DNA of 63,455 nt, filler included, from Kipferlia bialata (Eukaryota): assembly GCA_003568945.1 (NCBI GenBank). It is 6 parts of 5 records of this genome, joined end to end, with 100 filler letters (N's around TTAATTAATTAA, not from the genome) between each part and the next. Parts side by side here need not be neighbours in the genome. Positions count along the whole stretch, not along the records: positions 13,407 to 26,705 come from BDIP01000963.1; positions 26,806 to 40,101 come from BDIP01000964.1; positions 40,202 to 53,497 come from BDIP01000965.1; 3 more parts are not named here. One strand, written 5' to 3'. Position 1 is the first letter of the stretch, and each line of letters begins with the position of its first letter. The position numbers and the translations under genes are program-made. Positions 26,645-41,167 of this stretch are shown here, one piece after another. Below the pieces are notes generated by a model. That model was not told the origin of the DNA and made no database searches. It was given only the letters and a program-made list of their open reading frames with translations.

Positions 26645-26700
26645 CACCACCGTACTTGACCTCCTCCTCGATCCTGGCCTCTCTCCACTCCTTGTACTAT
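26068..26700 (-). CDS. NOL10: C-terminal exons of NOL10/Enp2-like nucleolar protein with NUC153 motif
   Basis: YKEWREARIEEEVK|...|GDVPMVEDDRFAALFGNADFQ|VDTKDAEYKNIHTSRN*; DDRF..LF.N.DFQVD is the NUC153 signature and the preceding helix fits NOL10 rather than ESF1. Confidence 0.7.
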
Positions 26701-26705
26701 ACTAT

Positions 26706-26805
26706 NNNNNNNNNNNNNNNNNNNNNNNNNNNNNNNNNNNNNNNNNNNNTTAATTAATTAANNNNNNNNNNNNNNNNNNNNNNNNNNNNNNNNNNNNNNN
26801 NNNNN
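26706..26805. other. Artificial contig-joining spacer
   Basis: N44-TTAATTAATTAA-N44. Confidence 0.97.
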
Positions 26806-27015
26806 ATATATACTCAGATATATACCACACTGGTGACCCGGAGGGTCACGCTGCACTAGTTAGTCAAACCACACATCACAAATATTGCCTCCCAGTGTGT
26901 TATGACAACAAAGCATCACTTTTAAGACCAAGTATCTCATACGTGCCAAGACGTAAAGACATTATCAGTTATGAGACATCACCAAAACTCACTTTGCTCG
27001 TCTCTCTCACACTAG

Positions 27016-27894
27016 ACCTACTATCTCGACTCAATCCCCCCCAACTCCCTTATCCTCATGACCAACCTTTCTCGTTGTCCAGCGTTAAGAGACCAGATAC
27101 TCCGCACAGGCTGCCTAAGTAACCTGATTGCTATATATGTCCTCCCCAGAACCACAGTTGCCTCATTTGCGGATGTAGGTGTAATAAGCCTTCTCTGCGA
27201 GATCATTTGCTACCTGTCTCTTGGTACGTACTTAGCTAGTACTGATAGTAGTCAACTAACGTACACCAATTTGTGTTCAGTATATCACATCAATTCGGTA
27301 TAGGTAAGTATAGACAATGTCTTGTGTAGTGCAATGCAGTTTGACAACACTGCACGTATTTTACATATTTCTGAATATGTAGGATGACATGAGTAATATG
27401 TAATAGGCAATCAGTCAACTCACATACATACGAGCATCAACGTGTCCGTCTTTGCGTTCATGGCGTGATTCCAACCCTTCTGCGAGCTCTTTACGAATAT
27501 CCGAGTCATCCTTGTGTGGTGGAGCCAGCTGTAGAGGCCCTCTCTCTGCTGGCATTGGATGGTGTGTTCTTTGCGTAGATTGACTGTACTCTGTATTGTA
27601 TTATGTGAATCCACTATGTTTCTATACCGCTAGAGAGATACCCTACAAGGTGTAGGGCCTACACCTATGCGTCAATCTCAGTATCACGTTCAAAGAGCTT
27701 AACCACCTCTCAATATATTCTGACTCTTAGACGACATTGCCTCTGCCATGCGCTCTATAAAGGTGCTTCAAGAGATAAGTGGCCTGGAGACAGAGGATGT
27801 AACAACACAGACACGCCTCCAAGGGCTCCACCAGCGTCTGAGGCCCACTGAGAGTACCGAGGAAGGCAACCAGGAGGGAGATGCCCCAGCTTAG
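27016..27894 (+). CDS. 3' part of an armadillo-repeat-like protein
   Basis: Exons give LMTNLSRCPALRDQILRTGCLSNLI..., RVRLCVHGVIPTLLRALYEYPSHPCVVEPAVEALSLLALD and DDIASAMRSIK...DAPA*; phase-compatible GT-AG junctions. Confidence 0.5.
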
Positions 27895-28309
27895 GCCCAA
27901 GAGAAGATTGCTAGTTCATGGCAAGTGTTGAATGTAATAAGGTTTCAATACCTATATATTGATTCTTGACCAAATAGATTACACGTTATCCATCGAGAGA
28001 GAGGGAGAAAGGGGTTGAGGAAAGAGAATACTGTGCGGACCCATTTATGGTATTATGGGTCAATGCATTGAGTCATTGCAGCATTGACCCATAATAGCTG
28101 TGGGCCTCAGACAAAATATAAAAATACAGTACAATTCCAAACACGCAGATAGACTAGTCTACGAACTATATTTATACAATTACTACAGCCAGACAGGTGG
28201 CTCACTGGTACAATTAATGATACATGAACTTCACGGAATACAGGGGACACGTTGCTTCCGACTAAACTAAGCAATCGAAGGATATCTCTGACAGAGAGCT
28301 ATCCTACAC

Positions 28310-31300
28310 CTACACGTCAGTCTCACCTACGAGCACCACGCCTGTGAGGTTCTGAGTGCCTTGGTCCTGGGTGTATAGAATGGGGTCACGCTGGGGGTGA
28401 GGATAATACGAATCCTAAGAACACTACTTGAGACTCCCAGAATCCTCTTGGCGGGAAAGAAATGTAATGATACTGAGCCATAGATACTCATACCTTGCTC
28501 ATTAGCATGCTGTCGTGTGTTGGGTCAGTCTCCGGACAACTCCTAGTATCAGAACTCTAAATTACCCAGCACTCGTGTGAAACTTAGACTAATTGATACA
28601 AATCCACTGACACGGATACCTTACTCACTCCATATGTGAATATTGTAATATTTGCATTTACATACCTGTCCACTAGACATTGGAGAGCCCTCTCTGCCCT
28701 CTCAATGTCGTCCTCTGTGGCATCTCCAGGGGCAGGGTGATAGAGCACATCCAATAGGTTCTGGTTGGATGAGAATAATTGATATACCAGAATAATAGGA
28801 GAAATATGCACAGTATAACTGGCCCGCACCTGGGCTGTCTGTGTGAATCCCTTGACGGCAGCTGTGGACTGCTCGCTCTTGGAGACAACGTCACCAAACA
28901 TAAACTCCTTGGTAGGTGTGGGCTTCAAGGTGTCAGCGTCCTGGGCGAAGTTTGTCCACTTAAAGACTGATGTGGACCGCATGGGACGCAAGGACCCAAA
29001 GCGAGGGTGCTTGGCCTAGATTATCAGTAGCAGTTCTACACGATGTAGCACATACACGGTAGTACACTCACCTGTGCGGCTGAGAGGAGCTCGTAGACAT
29101 CGCTGCTGACAGTCACACAACCGACAGGGGAAAGTTCTTCCATGAGACGTGCCCTGGTGGTCAGAACCCCGTAATTGAAGCGAAGGTGATTACATCGTGA
29201 GTATAAAAAGACAGAACACAAAGCGAAGTATATTGCGAGGATCATCTCTTACCTTGAGGGCGCTAGGCCGAATATGTCGTAGGACACCCTGACAGAGCCT
29301 ATGACACAGGCAAAGGCCGGACCAACGGCCAGGCCGCACCTAACGTGGAGGGGCGATCCTGAGGGTAAGACAACTGGAGAGAAGAGTTGTGCATGTATTG
29401 TGAACAATATGGAACAAGATAATGATACCAGTACCTGATACTGAGAACGATGTCTCGCAGGACCTGACCATCTGGAGACTGAATGAGGCCATGTCGGATA
29501 TGGACTGGAGGACAGAGTCGACAGTGAGAGTGGCCATCTCTGACGGTGAGCAAGTAGAATATCATCTCAGTATACATAGGATCGCTGTGATAACAGGGAT
29601 AGCCAAAGAAATAACTCAAAGTGTATACAGAAGCAAACAGAGTATTGTATGTATACTATTGTATGTATATTACCTGCGGCAGTGAATGCCCTCATGACCT
29701 CATATGCGTCCCCAATGGTCTTGACCTTGGTGACACCAATGCCAGCCCGGCTGTGGTGAGAGGGAGGAAGGGATATATCAAGTCATGTAGATGAGAACTA
29801 TGTGTATACTATATGTATACTGCATACTATATGTATACTGTGCATTTTGTCACACACCTGAGAACCAGGTCATCCAGGCCTGAGAACAGAGTCTTAAGGG
29901 TGGCCACAACATGGTCGCTGCTGTGTTGCTGACAGGTCAGAAAGAGAAGGTATTACGCCATAGAAGAAGACGTCATAATGGCAATAGCTGTGGTACTACT
30001 CTCTACCTGGCAGAAGGATGTAAACCCGACAATGTCCAGCTTGACATACACACAGAGGGGGAAGAGAGAGATCTCGTGGCGCCGCATCAGAGCCTCAGCA
30101 TCCCTGGGTCATAAGAAGGCGGATACGTAATTGTATCAGTCAGATAACGGAGAGTGCTGTTGTGAACAATCGTAGTATACAGTGTGATCTACCGCTGTAC
30201 CTCTCCTTCTGCCTAGTGGGCTCTGACATATCATTCATGCCCTGACTGTCCTCTGTATCAGATACAGACAGTGCATCCGGGGGGAGGTAGTCTGAGGCTG
30301 GGGGTTAGACCGATATTGACATCATGTCTCCAAATAGATATGCAAATGTTGATGACGGTCATATATGTACATGATTGTGGACTCCTAGAAAGAGAATCGC
30401 CGAGAACCGCAATACAATAGGACACACACACACCTTCAGTGTCACTGCCAATCTCGTAGTGGTCACGTGCGGCCTGGGGTTAGACATATACGATTATGAA
30501 TTCTAAGTATGCACACACAGTAGTGTATGTACCTGGTGCACATGGTGGAATGTGCCTCTCATACCCATAAAGGTATCGTTCATGCCGGGGTCGCTGCTCT
30601 CACTGAAACTGAGCCGCCCAGGGGTTGTGGCGCGTAGTCTGGCCACCTGGGCAGAGGCAGAGACAGAGACCGGATACCACTCGCGGAACAGAGCGAGGAT
30701 CTCTCTCTCCCTAGTATAGTGAGAAAATTGGCCAGCACGATATTCAATAAGAACAGTGAGTATATATAGCACTGGCGTTACCTGATGTGTAACGGGGAGT
30801 GCTTCTCCTCCTCAGGTATCCTCAGGGTGCCAGACATACCAGAGCCTGATGCAGCCAGTGGGTCAACAGTCAGGTCCTGGTATCAGTCACTGCAAGGCTG
30901 CATAGGGCAATGACGATATACTACACATGTAGGGAAAGTGAGAGCTGGCACCGAAGACAAATGAGATACACACAAATACACATAGTGTTGTTACCTTGTA
31001 GTATGACTTCAGGAACTTCTGTGTCTCTGGCAAGGGGTCTACAGCAACGCCACACACCTCATTGGTGAGGGAACGAACCTAGATATCAGGGGACGTGTTG
31101 ACATGGTGAGAGAGGAATGCGTCATAAAGAGAGTGCCTTCCATAGAAGAGTACCTGATCGTAAAGCATGGACACAATGACTGTCCCTTCGACTCCGGCAG
31201 GACTGGGCTTGGCCTTGTTCTTGGTCACAAAGGCTATGGCATCCTAGGGGTGAGAGAATCTTTGGAAGAAAAACATTAGCTGGGAGAGAGAGATGGTAGA

Positions 31301-34300
31301 GTACCAGAGCCATAGGGCAGAGAGAGGGGCGTGACTGGACCATGTCCGAACCTTCCTAAACACAGAGGCTGAGACGTCAAACAGACCGGAGGCCTTGGCA
31401 ATCACAGGTGACAAAATACGCGAGAAGTAGCGCCCAGAGGCCACTCTGTTGGTAAGAATACCTCCACAGATCGAAATACGGGTAAAAGTGTGAATCCTTT
31501 TGGCTGTCAGAGTGAATCTCACCTTCCCACTAGCGTCTGACCTGCCAGTGTCTCTACTAGCTGCCGGAGGGACACACACATGTTGGCCACCTGGACATGA
31601 GAGAGGCAACAAATTCATTCACAAATACTATGCACCAATAGCATCGCTCACCTGGTTAATGGACACAATGAGTGCGAACAGGGTCACCAGAAGAGCTGGG
31701 ACGAACACGAGGCTGGACTCCATGCTCATCCCCTTCAGATAGAAGGACATCAGGATGTGGAGGAGCAGGCTGATACAGACGACAACGACACTGAGGTTAG
31801 AGGGGATATTGTGTCAAAGAATAGGGAGTGCTAATTGATTAGTTCTAGAAGTCGTTACCTATCAACGTCATTGAGGGCGAACAGCGCTACTATGCACTCA
31901 TTGAGAGCCATGAGACCCAGGGTCATGCCATAGCTGCCAAGCTGGGGTTAGGCAACATTCACACTAGACATAGGAACACACTAGAGACACGTATATAGTA
32001 CTAGACATAGGCATCGCAATACTAGGATCCTAGTAGGAACGTACCATGGGCATATCACTGATACCAAGCTCTGTGGATCGGGAGATGAGTACGCTCAACT
32101 CCCTTGCAGCATATGTGATCAGAGCAACAGTGGATAGCTGGGTGACCACCTTAGCAACGTTGACCTAGGGGGTAAGGGTAGAAGAGTATATATATATATA
32201 TATAGGGTAGATACTAACTATCCGCTATCACAAATATATATATATATATGTATGTATACATCTATGTCAAATGTCAGGTAGCCATTGCCAGTATAAATGT
32301 ATATATCCACTGTGCAGTGGAAGAGTATCGTACCCGTCTGTACTCCTTCCTGACATCTCTGTACCCAGTGATCTCGCCTGGCCCCTCTGGGAACAGGGCC
32401 TGTCCTAGTAGACGCAGGATGGAGGTGGACCACTTCTGAAGGGTAAATCGAGTAGAATGGGGTGACAAATGAAACACACATGTAAGAAGAGAGAGAGATG
32501 TATATCATAGACAGAGAAAGTAGAGACAAGACTACAATTGAGTGGATGGTCGTATTCCGAGAAGTATACACTATATGATATGGCAAAACGCACCTTGACA
32601 GAGTATGGGAATACGAATAGCCTGACAAGGGATATGACTCCATGAATCATCAGTGCGTGCTGGAAGTGGTGCCAGGCCCTGGATATCAGTCAATGTACAT
32701 TGAAATATGTATACGTATGTATGTGTACAGACAAAAACAGACATATTACAGACGAAATGCTGCCAATACACACTCCTTCCCATACCTTAGAGCAATCTCG
32801 TCCTCCAGTGCAGTCTCCAGGATGTGGTACCTGATAGGGGCCACCTAGGGTAAGCCGAGTCATACTGACCAAGGGGATGAGTGGTATCAGTCATGATTGA
32901 ACACAAACACTGTATCCGTTTGCACATATGCCTGTACCTGCTCTGTGAAGTTACTGGCGATGTACCCAAGTGTCACCAAGAGGAGCTGACACACATTCAG
33001 CAGGGTCACAATCTTGCACTTACGGCGCAACTACGGTTAGGAAAGATACAGGGAGAGAGAGGAGAGGGTGGGAAGGTACACTGTAGAATAGAGTACCTTC
33101 AGTAGAGTGTGCATGACCAGAAACACACTGGTATCCCCCAGGGACTGCTGGAACGACATGCGGCACACAGTGGGTATCACCCTGGGGGTGAGTGGTATAC
33201 TATACGCATCAATCAATACCAAAAGTGAAATAGAGTGGGTCCTAGTGTTACTGCCTATGAGAGAGAGGATGACATTCCAAATACTACTTGGTACCTTAGC
33301 ATGAGTATTAGTCTCCTCATGGGGTCTATGGGCTCCTTGTTCCACACAACCTCAGTGAGTTCAGGCAGGGATGGGACACGGCCTGTGGGGCCATGGGTGG
33401 ATGTGACTCGCTGATGGTTAGAGAGAGAGAGAGACGTATACTTTCACTGATATACTGATTGAACTAGAATAGTGGGATTACTTAAGAATTATCAAGTACG
33501 ACATAGACAGGTTTACTGAGTGGACAGTATTATCGGATCATACCTGATGTACCCTCTGCAGGTCATCCAGAAGCTGCCCATCGAGTGACTAGGGGTGAGT
33601 GAACAAGAGAGAAGACAATAATACAAATCTAATACCATACGGAAACCACTCTCAACATCTATTATTGTATAATATATGTATATAGTACCTGAATGTCTGG
33701 GCAGGGCTGGTTGAGTATCTCCTTGGCGCTCTTGACCCCCCATGTCCTGTCCCTTGCCCTGCCGAGTGTCCTGGACAGCCAGGAGGAAGAGGGGGTGGAT
33801 ACCCTAGACACTCCTAGAGTGAGAGTTAGAACTACACATTTAGGTATACATAAATACCAACACCGATACCCACCTGTGTCTCCAAGAAGGGATGCAGGAT
33901 CACTAGCCTCTCTAGTGAGAGTATCAGTGACTGTGTAGGGCTCCACAGGGAGTGACTCCTCAGCCCCTCCATACCCAGCACCAATACTCGAAGACTCTGA
34001 CTCTGACAGTGGCACAGACGGTGACTCTGGGGTTGACTCCCCCCATGCCCTAGGGGACTGGGTGGGGGTACACTCATCGTCTATCCCACCCTCACTCCCT
34101 GTGTCACTACCACTACTCTCTCCCTCATACCTAGCACTCCTCTTACCCAGTCTGCTGGTGGGTAGTACCAAGTCACCCAGCACCCTACCGTTCAGAATGG
34201 GAGTGGCGGTGTTGCTCTTCCTGCTCCCCCCTAGCCCATCTACATCCCTATCGGTGTCAATCTCTCTCTCCCTCACCCCAAGAGTCTGAGTGTCCCCTAG

Positions 34301-37300
34301 GAAGGGTACACTGCTCACTCTGATGTGTTAGAGTCGGTCAGGAAGAATAGTATAGTACACATAGATATAGTCAGATTTCACTAATCACAATCTACGCGAT
34401 ACTGCCTCACCTATCTGCAGGACTCAGGGCATCAAGGTAGGCATCCTGGGTCTCATTGCACCCAGACTTGAGGGTACCCAGGTCGGCAAACCGAGCCCTG
34501 AGGTAAGAAGTCACATATACATACATATAGGCAACTCCCGTTCCGCAATGAAAAGAAACCCTTATCATTGGTAATTATTAGTGATACATTCCATAATCGT
34601 ATGTATAGGTCTGTACCTGATGACGTGCCAGGGCCTGTGCACTATGGTGTCTGCTATGTACTCTGTGGATGCAATGTCAGAGCCAGACTGGGCATAGGGG
34701 GTGCTGGTACTGGGTATCAGTCACACTATCATGAGATATACACAACTACAGATACGCATAGTATATTATGTATGCATATAATAGGCATACTCGAGAGCGC
34801 TCACCTTCTCTCCCCCCTCCTCCTCGTCCCCAGGTGTCTCAGCATGTACTGGGCCGGGGCTAGCATACGCTCAGTCCACGTCTGGTGCCTGGGGTGGGAT
34901 GGTATAGATATATATATAACACATCACAATACCAATGTATACCTGTCCACCATCCCACCCAGTACCCCAGATAGTATTTCCCCCAGACACTCCTGGGTCT
35001 GTGCCATACAGGCCTCGGACAGATGCACATGTCTACAGGGGAAGAGACCCTGGAGGTCAGTATATATCCATTAATTGGGCGACAAAACAACTGGTATGAT
35101 ATAAAAAACTGAGATAATCATTGCCCACCTTTCCCTTCAAGAAGTTGATTGAGGGTCTTGTGCACACATACTCCAGATAGACATCACTGCCCATCAGGGA
35201 GTGCTGGTCTGGGGTGAGGTGTGGTATATATATATGTATATATACAGGTAGCATAGGGAGGAAGTATACTAGCCATATAGGAGTGATGGTCTGGTGGTGA
35301 GAAGGACAAAACATATAGAGCATACTGAGAAGAAGCATAGTAGTGGAAGAGAGAGAGGGGAGGGAGGGAGGGGATGAAATATGTAGTGGAATTACTGGAT
35401 GTCTAGGTGATTTGGTCGGCAGGATAGTGTAGCAACACATTGATGTATACAACAGTACATGTACCTCTACACCCGTCTCTGTCTGCCACACTGGATACAG
35501 CATTGGCAACGTCCTCAGAGACCAGTAGGTCCCAGTCACCAGCCTGAGGGGTGAGATAGAGAGACTACCACCCAGTAAGAATTACGCGATACAGACTCCA
35601 GACTCCACTCTATATTATACAATATATACCTTACTCATCAGCCTTGCTGCTGTGTTGACTGTGTCTCCAAACACGTCATACATGAGCTCTCTCTCTCCTA
35701 GCACTCCCTCCGTGATGGGGCCTAGAGAGACGCCAGACCTAGGGGTGAGGGTTGGTACACCAGTGGCAATGGTAAGAAATCTGATCCAGAGAGAGAGAGA
35801 GAGAGAGGCTCTTACCTGAGGGACTTTAGAGTGGTCATGGGGAAGTACTGAGACCTGGCCAGCAGGAAGGCAACCCTGGGGGTTGGGGAGTGACTTCATA
35901 CACATATAGAGAGATTGTATGCACATACTCAGCTGATGGGAAAGACTTAAAAGGGAACAATGAGTGGTTGGACACATATAGGTGGGTATCCTTCCGTCCA
36001 TACAGTTACTCACCTTGCTATGGAGCAGAATGTGACGATGTCCCAGGCAGCCAGTTCAGAGCCTGGTGGGTAAGAGGGTGTAACATTGACACACACATAT
36101 ATATCCACAATAGTGTCAGTACCCTTACCCTCTTTGGACGTTGCCCTGGACACCACAATGTAGGTACCATCGGCGCCCTTAACCTGAGGGTGAGATCTTA
36201 CATACGGATATAATGGTACATGCACATATACATAATGAAGAGCCAGTCTATTTATAACACCTTCTCTACGGCTCCCCTCATAGTGACCAGTTCATCGAGT
36301 AGATATACGAGTATACCAATACAGATGTAATCATATCATTGATAATAAATAGTGATACCTTCTCCACAGACCCCTCACTCATAGTGACCAACTCATCTAG
36401 GAGAGATGTCAACAGCACAAGGTCTGATATGTGCTGGGCAGTGGGAACACAGCTGTTGCTGGGGTGAGGTATATGATGCAGGAACAGTAAAAATGACTAT
36501 GTTGCAATAGGAAGCCAATAAACCCACATTAGCTGGATACAGGTGTGGTACCTATGTAGAAGGAAGTCAGGCGCAAACACTAGATCAGATATACACATGT
36601 ACCATGTACTACATACCTACTAGCCGGTGTTGTGCCTATGAATGCAATGACTGAGTATGCCTCAAAGGTCACACACCCAGAGGGGGACGCGTCCTGGGGT
36701 GAGGGAGAGAGAATACACATACATGCAGATAAAAAGAGAGACAGAAGAGACATCGCTTTTTGTGTATGTTTACATTCTGTGTAATATTTAGGTATTGATT
36801 AATGATACCCGCATGTCTGGTGCTGTCACGTATTCCCTCAAAAGCTATGTGATATATATTGCATATACTGTTTATAGATGTAAATATATGAATGTATGTA
36901 AATATATATATACCTGCATGTCTGGTGCTGTGACATACTCCCTAATATATGAAGTGCCATACATATTACATTTAGTGTATATACATGTATTCATATATGT
37001 ATATATATATATATATATAGTAGATATACCTGCATGTCTGGTGCTGTGACATACTCCCTGGTGCCACTAGGTAGGGATGAGCAGAAGACACCCATGCTGG
37101 CATCAATGGCCCTGTTGAGACGCACTACCTAGGAGTGAGTGTATGTATACAATCATACTGAAAGTAAGGGCATGCTTCCAAATGAACAATCACAATCATA
37201 CTAATAGATAATATTGGGAATCGAGATACATAGAGATAGAGTTCCAGAATGGGTGAGAGACAGACTACCTGTCTGTCCACACTTGTCTCCAGATGGGCTG

Positions 37301-37350
37301 TGCTCCTCCAGACCTAAGGGGGTAAGAGTGTGTGTGAGAGAGAGGGACAC

Positions 37351-37385
<35 letters not shown>

Positions 37386-37450
37386 AACAAGAGAGTTAAA
37401 GAGGTGTTTCAAACGTACTAGCCACGTGTGCACTGATTCTATGGCAAGAA

Positions 37451-37487
<37 letters not shown>

Positions 37488-38625
37488 AGAAATAGGGAGA
37501 TGTATAACAATAACTTACCAGCCAGGTGTGTATAGATACCATGGCAAGTAGAGGGGCCGATAGACTGAGAACAGAGGGGACCTGGAATGAGAGAGGTGCG
37601 GGGGGAGTGTAGCAGGTGTAGCAGCATGGGGTGGGCACAAATACCTACTCTCGGAGTGTAAATGAAGAATACTATAAATATATTGGTGAATAGTAGGATA
37701 CATACGAAGTCATACTCATATGTCTGCTGTAACCCACCTCATAGTGTTTCAGCTCCCACAAGGCCCCTCCCACAGTGAGAAGGAGAGTGCCCAGTAGGTA
37801 CCATCTGGAGCCGCGGGAGATCTGACCCTGGGGGTTAGGTACATGTGTATACTTCAGTATGGAGTACTTTTGGAGGGGGGGTGGCGGGGGGGGGGAGGGG
37901 GTTGACCGTGGAGATCTAACCCTGGGGGAGTTGGGGACACTCACCGTATCTGTAGTATCCATGAGTTCTTACACTCCTTACATTCCTGGACTCCAGCATG
38001 AACTAATTGAATAAAGAACACAAATGTAGATATGACTCATATATATATATATATATATATACATATAGATGTATACATGAGTTATTGCCCTACTCACCTT
38101 CCTTGACTCCAGCATGAACTGTAGGTATAGTAGACACACTCAGTATATATATATGGGTATATACTACGACATATATGAGAATCTGTATACCTTCCTTGAC
38201 TCCAGCATGAACTGCAGGTTACACACACACTCCCTCTATCCATTTTATATATGTGTGTGTTAGGCCTAGTACTCCACATACCTTCCTAGACTCTAGCATG
38301 AACTGCAGGTAAAAACACACTCATACTACATGATATATATATATATATATATATACATGAGTATACGCATACCTTCCTTGACTCCAGCATGAACTGCAGG
38401 TTACACACACTGCAGTCCTATTACACACACTCTGTATATACATATGGGTATATACTACGATATATATATATATATATAAATATATATATATATATTTGAG
38501 TATACCTTCCTAGACTCCAGCATGAACTGCAGGTTACACACCATCAACCCAACCTCCCCCACCATAAACACCCTCGTGGTGCCACCCAGCTTGGGGAACT
38601 CACGCATGCCTAGAGTGAGAGAGGA

Positions 38626-38661
<36 letters not shown>

Positions 38662-38917
38662 AATGAGGATATGAGTGGTGCCACCCAGCTTGGGGAACTG
38701 GATTAGATACACACACACATAGATACACACGCATGCTTGTAGTGAGAGAGGACACGTATCGGGAGGGGGGGAGAGAGAGAGAGAGAGAAGAGTAGAGAGG
38801 TAATGAGTGGGGGGTTCCGGTAATCATAACAAAAGGGAACGACAAGGACACAGTGTTCTAATGAGAGAGAAAGATACCCATGCACCTATGAAGCCTATCA
38901 GTTTGTGAGACTAATCT

Positions 38918-38948
<31 letters not shown>

Positions 38949-39415
38949 ATACCCAGATGTATTAACCTGTGAACACCGTGTACTTATTGAACACTATATG
39001 TACCTATGAAGACTATCAGTATGTATATATCTATACATGTGGGTATATCAATATTATCAGTATATATGTATATACATAACTATATGTGGGTATACCTATG
39101 AACACTATCAGGATGCACAGGCACTGGAGTAGCTCTGGCTTGATGGAGGGCCGGATGGAGGCAATGGATGGGACGGAGACCACGCTGGGGTGGGAGGAGG
39201 AGGAGGGCTATGTGTACAAGAGACATGTTGTCGATATATACAATACCGAATATATATCTCATTGTGGCTGTCTCTGCCAGGCCTGTCTCTGACTATACAT
39301 GTATATATACCTATATATACATATGTATACATATGTGGGTGTATATATACCTCATGGTTGCTGTCTCTGCCAGGCCTGTCTCTCACTGTACATCTACAAT
39401 TATACCTATGTATAC

Positions 39416-39447
<32 letters not shown>

Positions 39448-39715
39448 GAATTAATACCTCATTGTGGCTGTCTCTGCCAGGCCTGTCTCTGACTTGAGAG
39501 ACACTGCCTCCCTGGCAACCATGGCATACATGACACAGCCTAGGGCTATGCATAGACTGTATGTTAGATATACATATATATACATATAAATATATAGAGA
39601 GAGAGAGTACATGGCACATCCCAGGGCTACAAAGAGACTGTATGTTAGACATACAGATATATATATATATAGAGAGAGAGAGAGTACATGGCACATCCCA
39701 GGGCTATACAGAGAC
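28310..39715 (-). CDS. Membrane-bound class III nucleotidyl (probably adenylyl) cyclase with two catalytic domains; 5' end cut by contig boundary
   Basis: Domain 1 (~37130-35470): VEK|VKGADGTY, RSGVSLGPITEGVLG, MYDVFGDTVNTAARLMS. Domain 2 (~30100-29070): KLDIVGFT, TKVKTIGDAY, VRCGLAVGP, SYDIFG. Hydrophobic exons precede each domain. Confidence 0.85.
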
Positions 39716-40101
39716 TAAGGGGTTAGATATATATATAGAGAGAAAGAGAGAGAAAGAGAGGGTGAGAGAGAGGACATGGCACATCACAGGGCTATACAGA
39801 GACTGTACGTTAGATATATATGTATATACATAGAGACAGAGAAAGAGAGAGAGGTAGAGGAACAGGGGGGAGAGAGTGTGTGTACACACATGTCACATTC
39901 AAAGGCATCCAGAGATCGTGGTAAGAGTATGAATTCTAGAACAATACCCATACACACATATAGAGAGAGAGTACATGGAACAGGATTATCCAGAGACTCT
40001 GTGTAATTATTGGGGAGACTGGGATAACGAGAGGGAATCTGAAACCAGGATGCATTGAATGGGGGGGGGGGGGGGGGGGGGGGAAAAAAATCAAAACCCC
40101 C

Positions 40102-40201
40102 NNNNNNNNNNNNNNNNNNNNNNNNNNNNNNNNNNNNNNNNNNNNTTAATTAATTAANNNNNNNNNNNNNNNNNNNNNNNNNNNNNNNNNNNNNNNNNNN
40201 N
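40102..40201. other. Artificial contig-joining spacer
   Basis: N44-TTAATTAATTAA-N44. Confidence 0.97.
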
Positions 40202-40237
40202 GGGGGGGGGGGGGGAGGAGGGGGGGGGGGGGGGGGG

Positions 40238-40275
<38 letters not shown>

Positions 40276-41167
40276 CACCATAGACACCAGTAGGTACCTA
40301 CAGTTGACGTTGGCATCGCCCAGCACCAAAGACACCAGGCACATGCACACCAGACAGTGCACGGCGGGGTGCAGAGACAGCATCGCCAGGGGAGTCAACT
40401 ACAGATACTATACGGGTAGGACTGAGTGTGACTAAACTATAGCCACAGGTAATGGGACTACGCTTACTTCTGCAGACACAGGAAAGCAGGGATTGTCTAG
40501 GTGCCCTTTAGCTTGATGACTTGAGGGTACACCCTCGATACTTGATATGCGGGGCTTGTATAGATGGAGCCCTTGGCAAGTCCTCACCTCGACAATTGTG
40601 ATGTTTGTGGTGGAAGGGTTCATTCACACACCCTTGTCACACAGGCTGTGTGACACTGCAGTCCTTATTGTCACTACCTTGAGTAATTCAATAGAGTCCA
40701 TCCAGGATCCAGTACACTCTCTGTATAGTAGGATGTCTGGTGCTGAACATACAGTCTCACCACGCATTCTCCAGTGTACCAATCATATTTACTCCATACG
40801 ATGTTAAGAACTAGTGGGATCATCTATCACAGATGCCTCTCAGAGGATACTTGGAACCCACATAACACTAGACACTCAAACACATATACATGTATGTATC
40901 ATGTAACATATATAACCATACACACACATCAACGCATACACGCAGCCAAACCGTCTGTGAGAGTCTCTCCATACACATGGACTCTTTCTCTCTCTCTCCC
41001 TCCCTGAAACATGAGGGTTGGCTATCCATACCCTATACACACAGTGAAATCTCTCTCCATACATACACTCTAGCACTGTGTGTCGAGGTCATACTCTTTC
41101 ACTCTCTCTCTCCCTCCCTGAAACATGAGGATTGACCATATACACCCCTATAACCACACTGTCATCT

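Noticed and set aside
27415..27434. Apparent non-canonical GT-AT intron in the ARM-like gene
   Set aside because: A canonical in-phase acceptor (CAATCAG ending 27414) lies just upstream and restores the frame.
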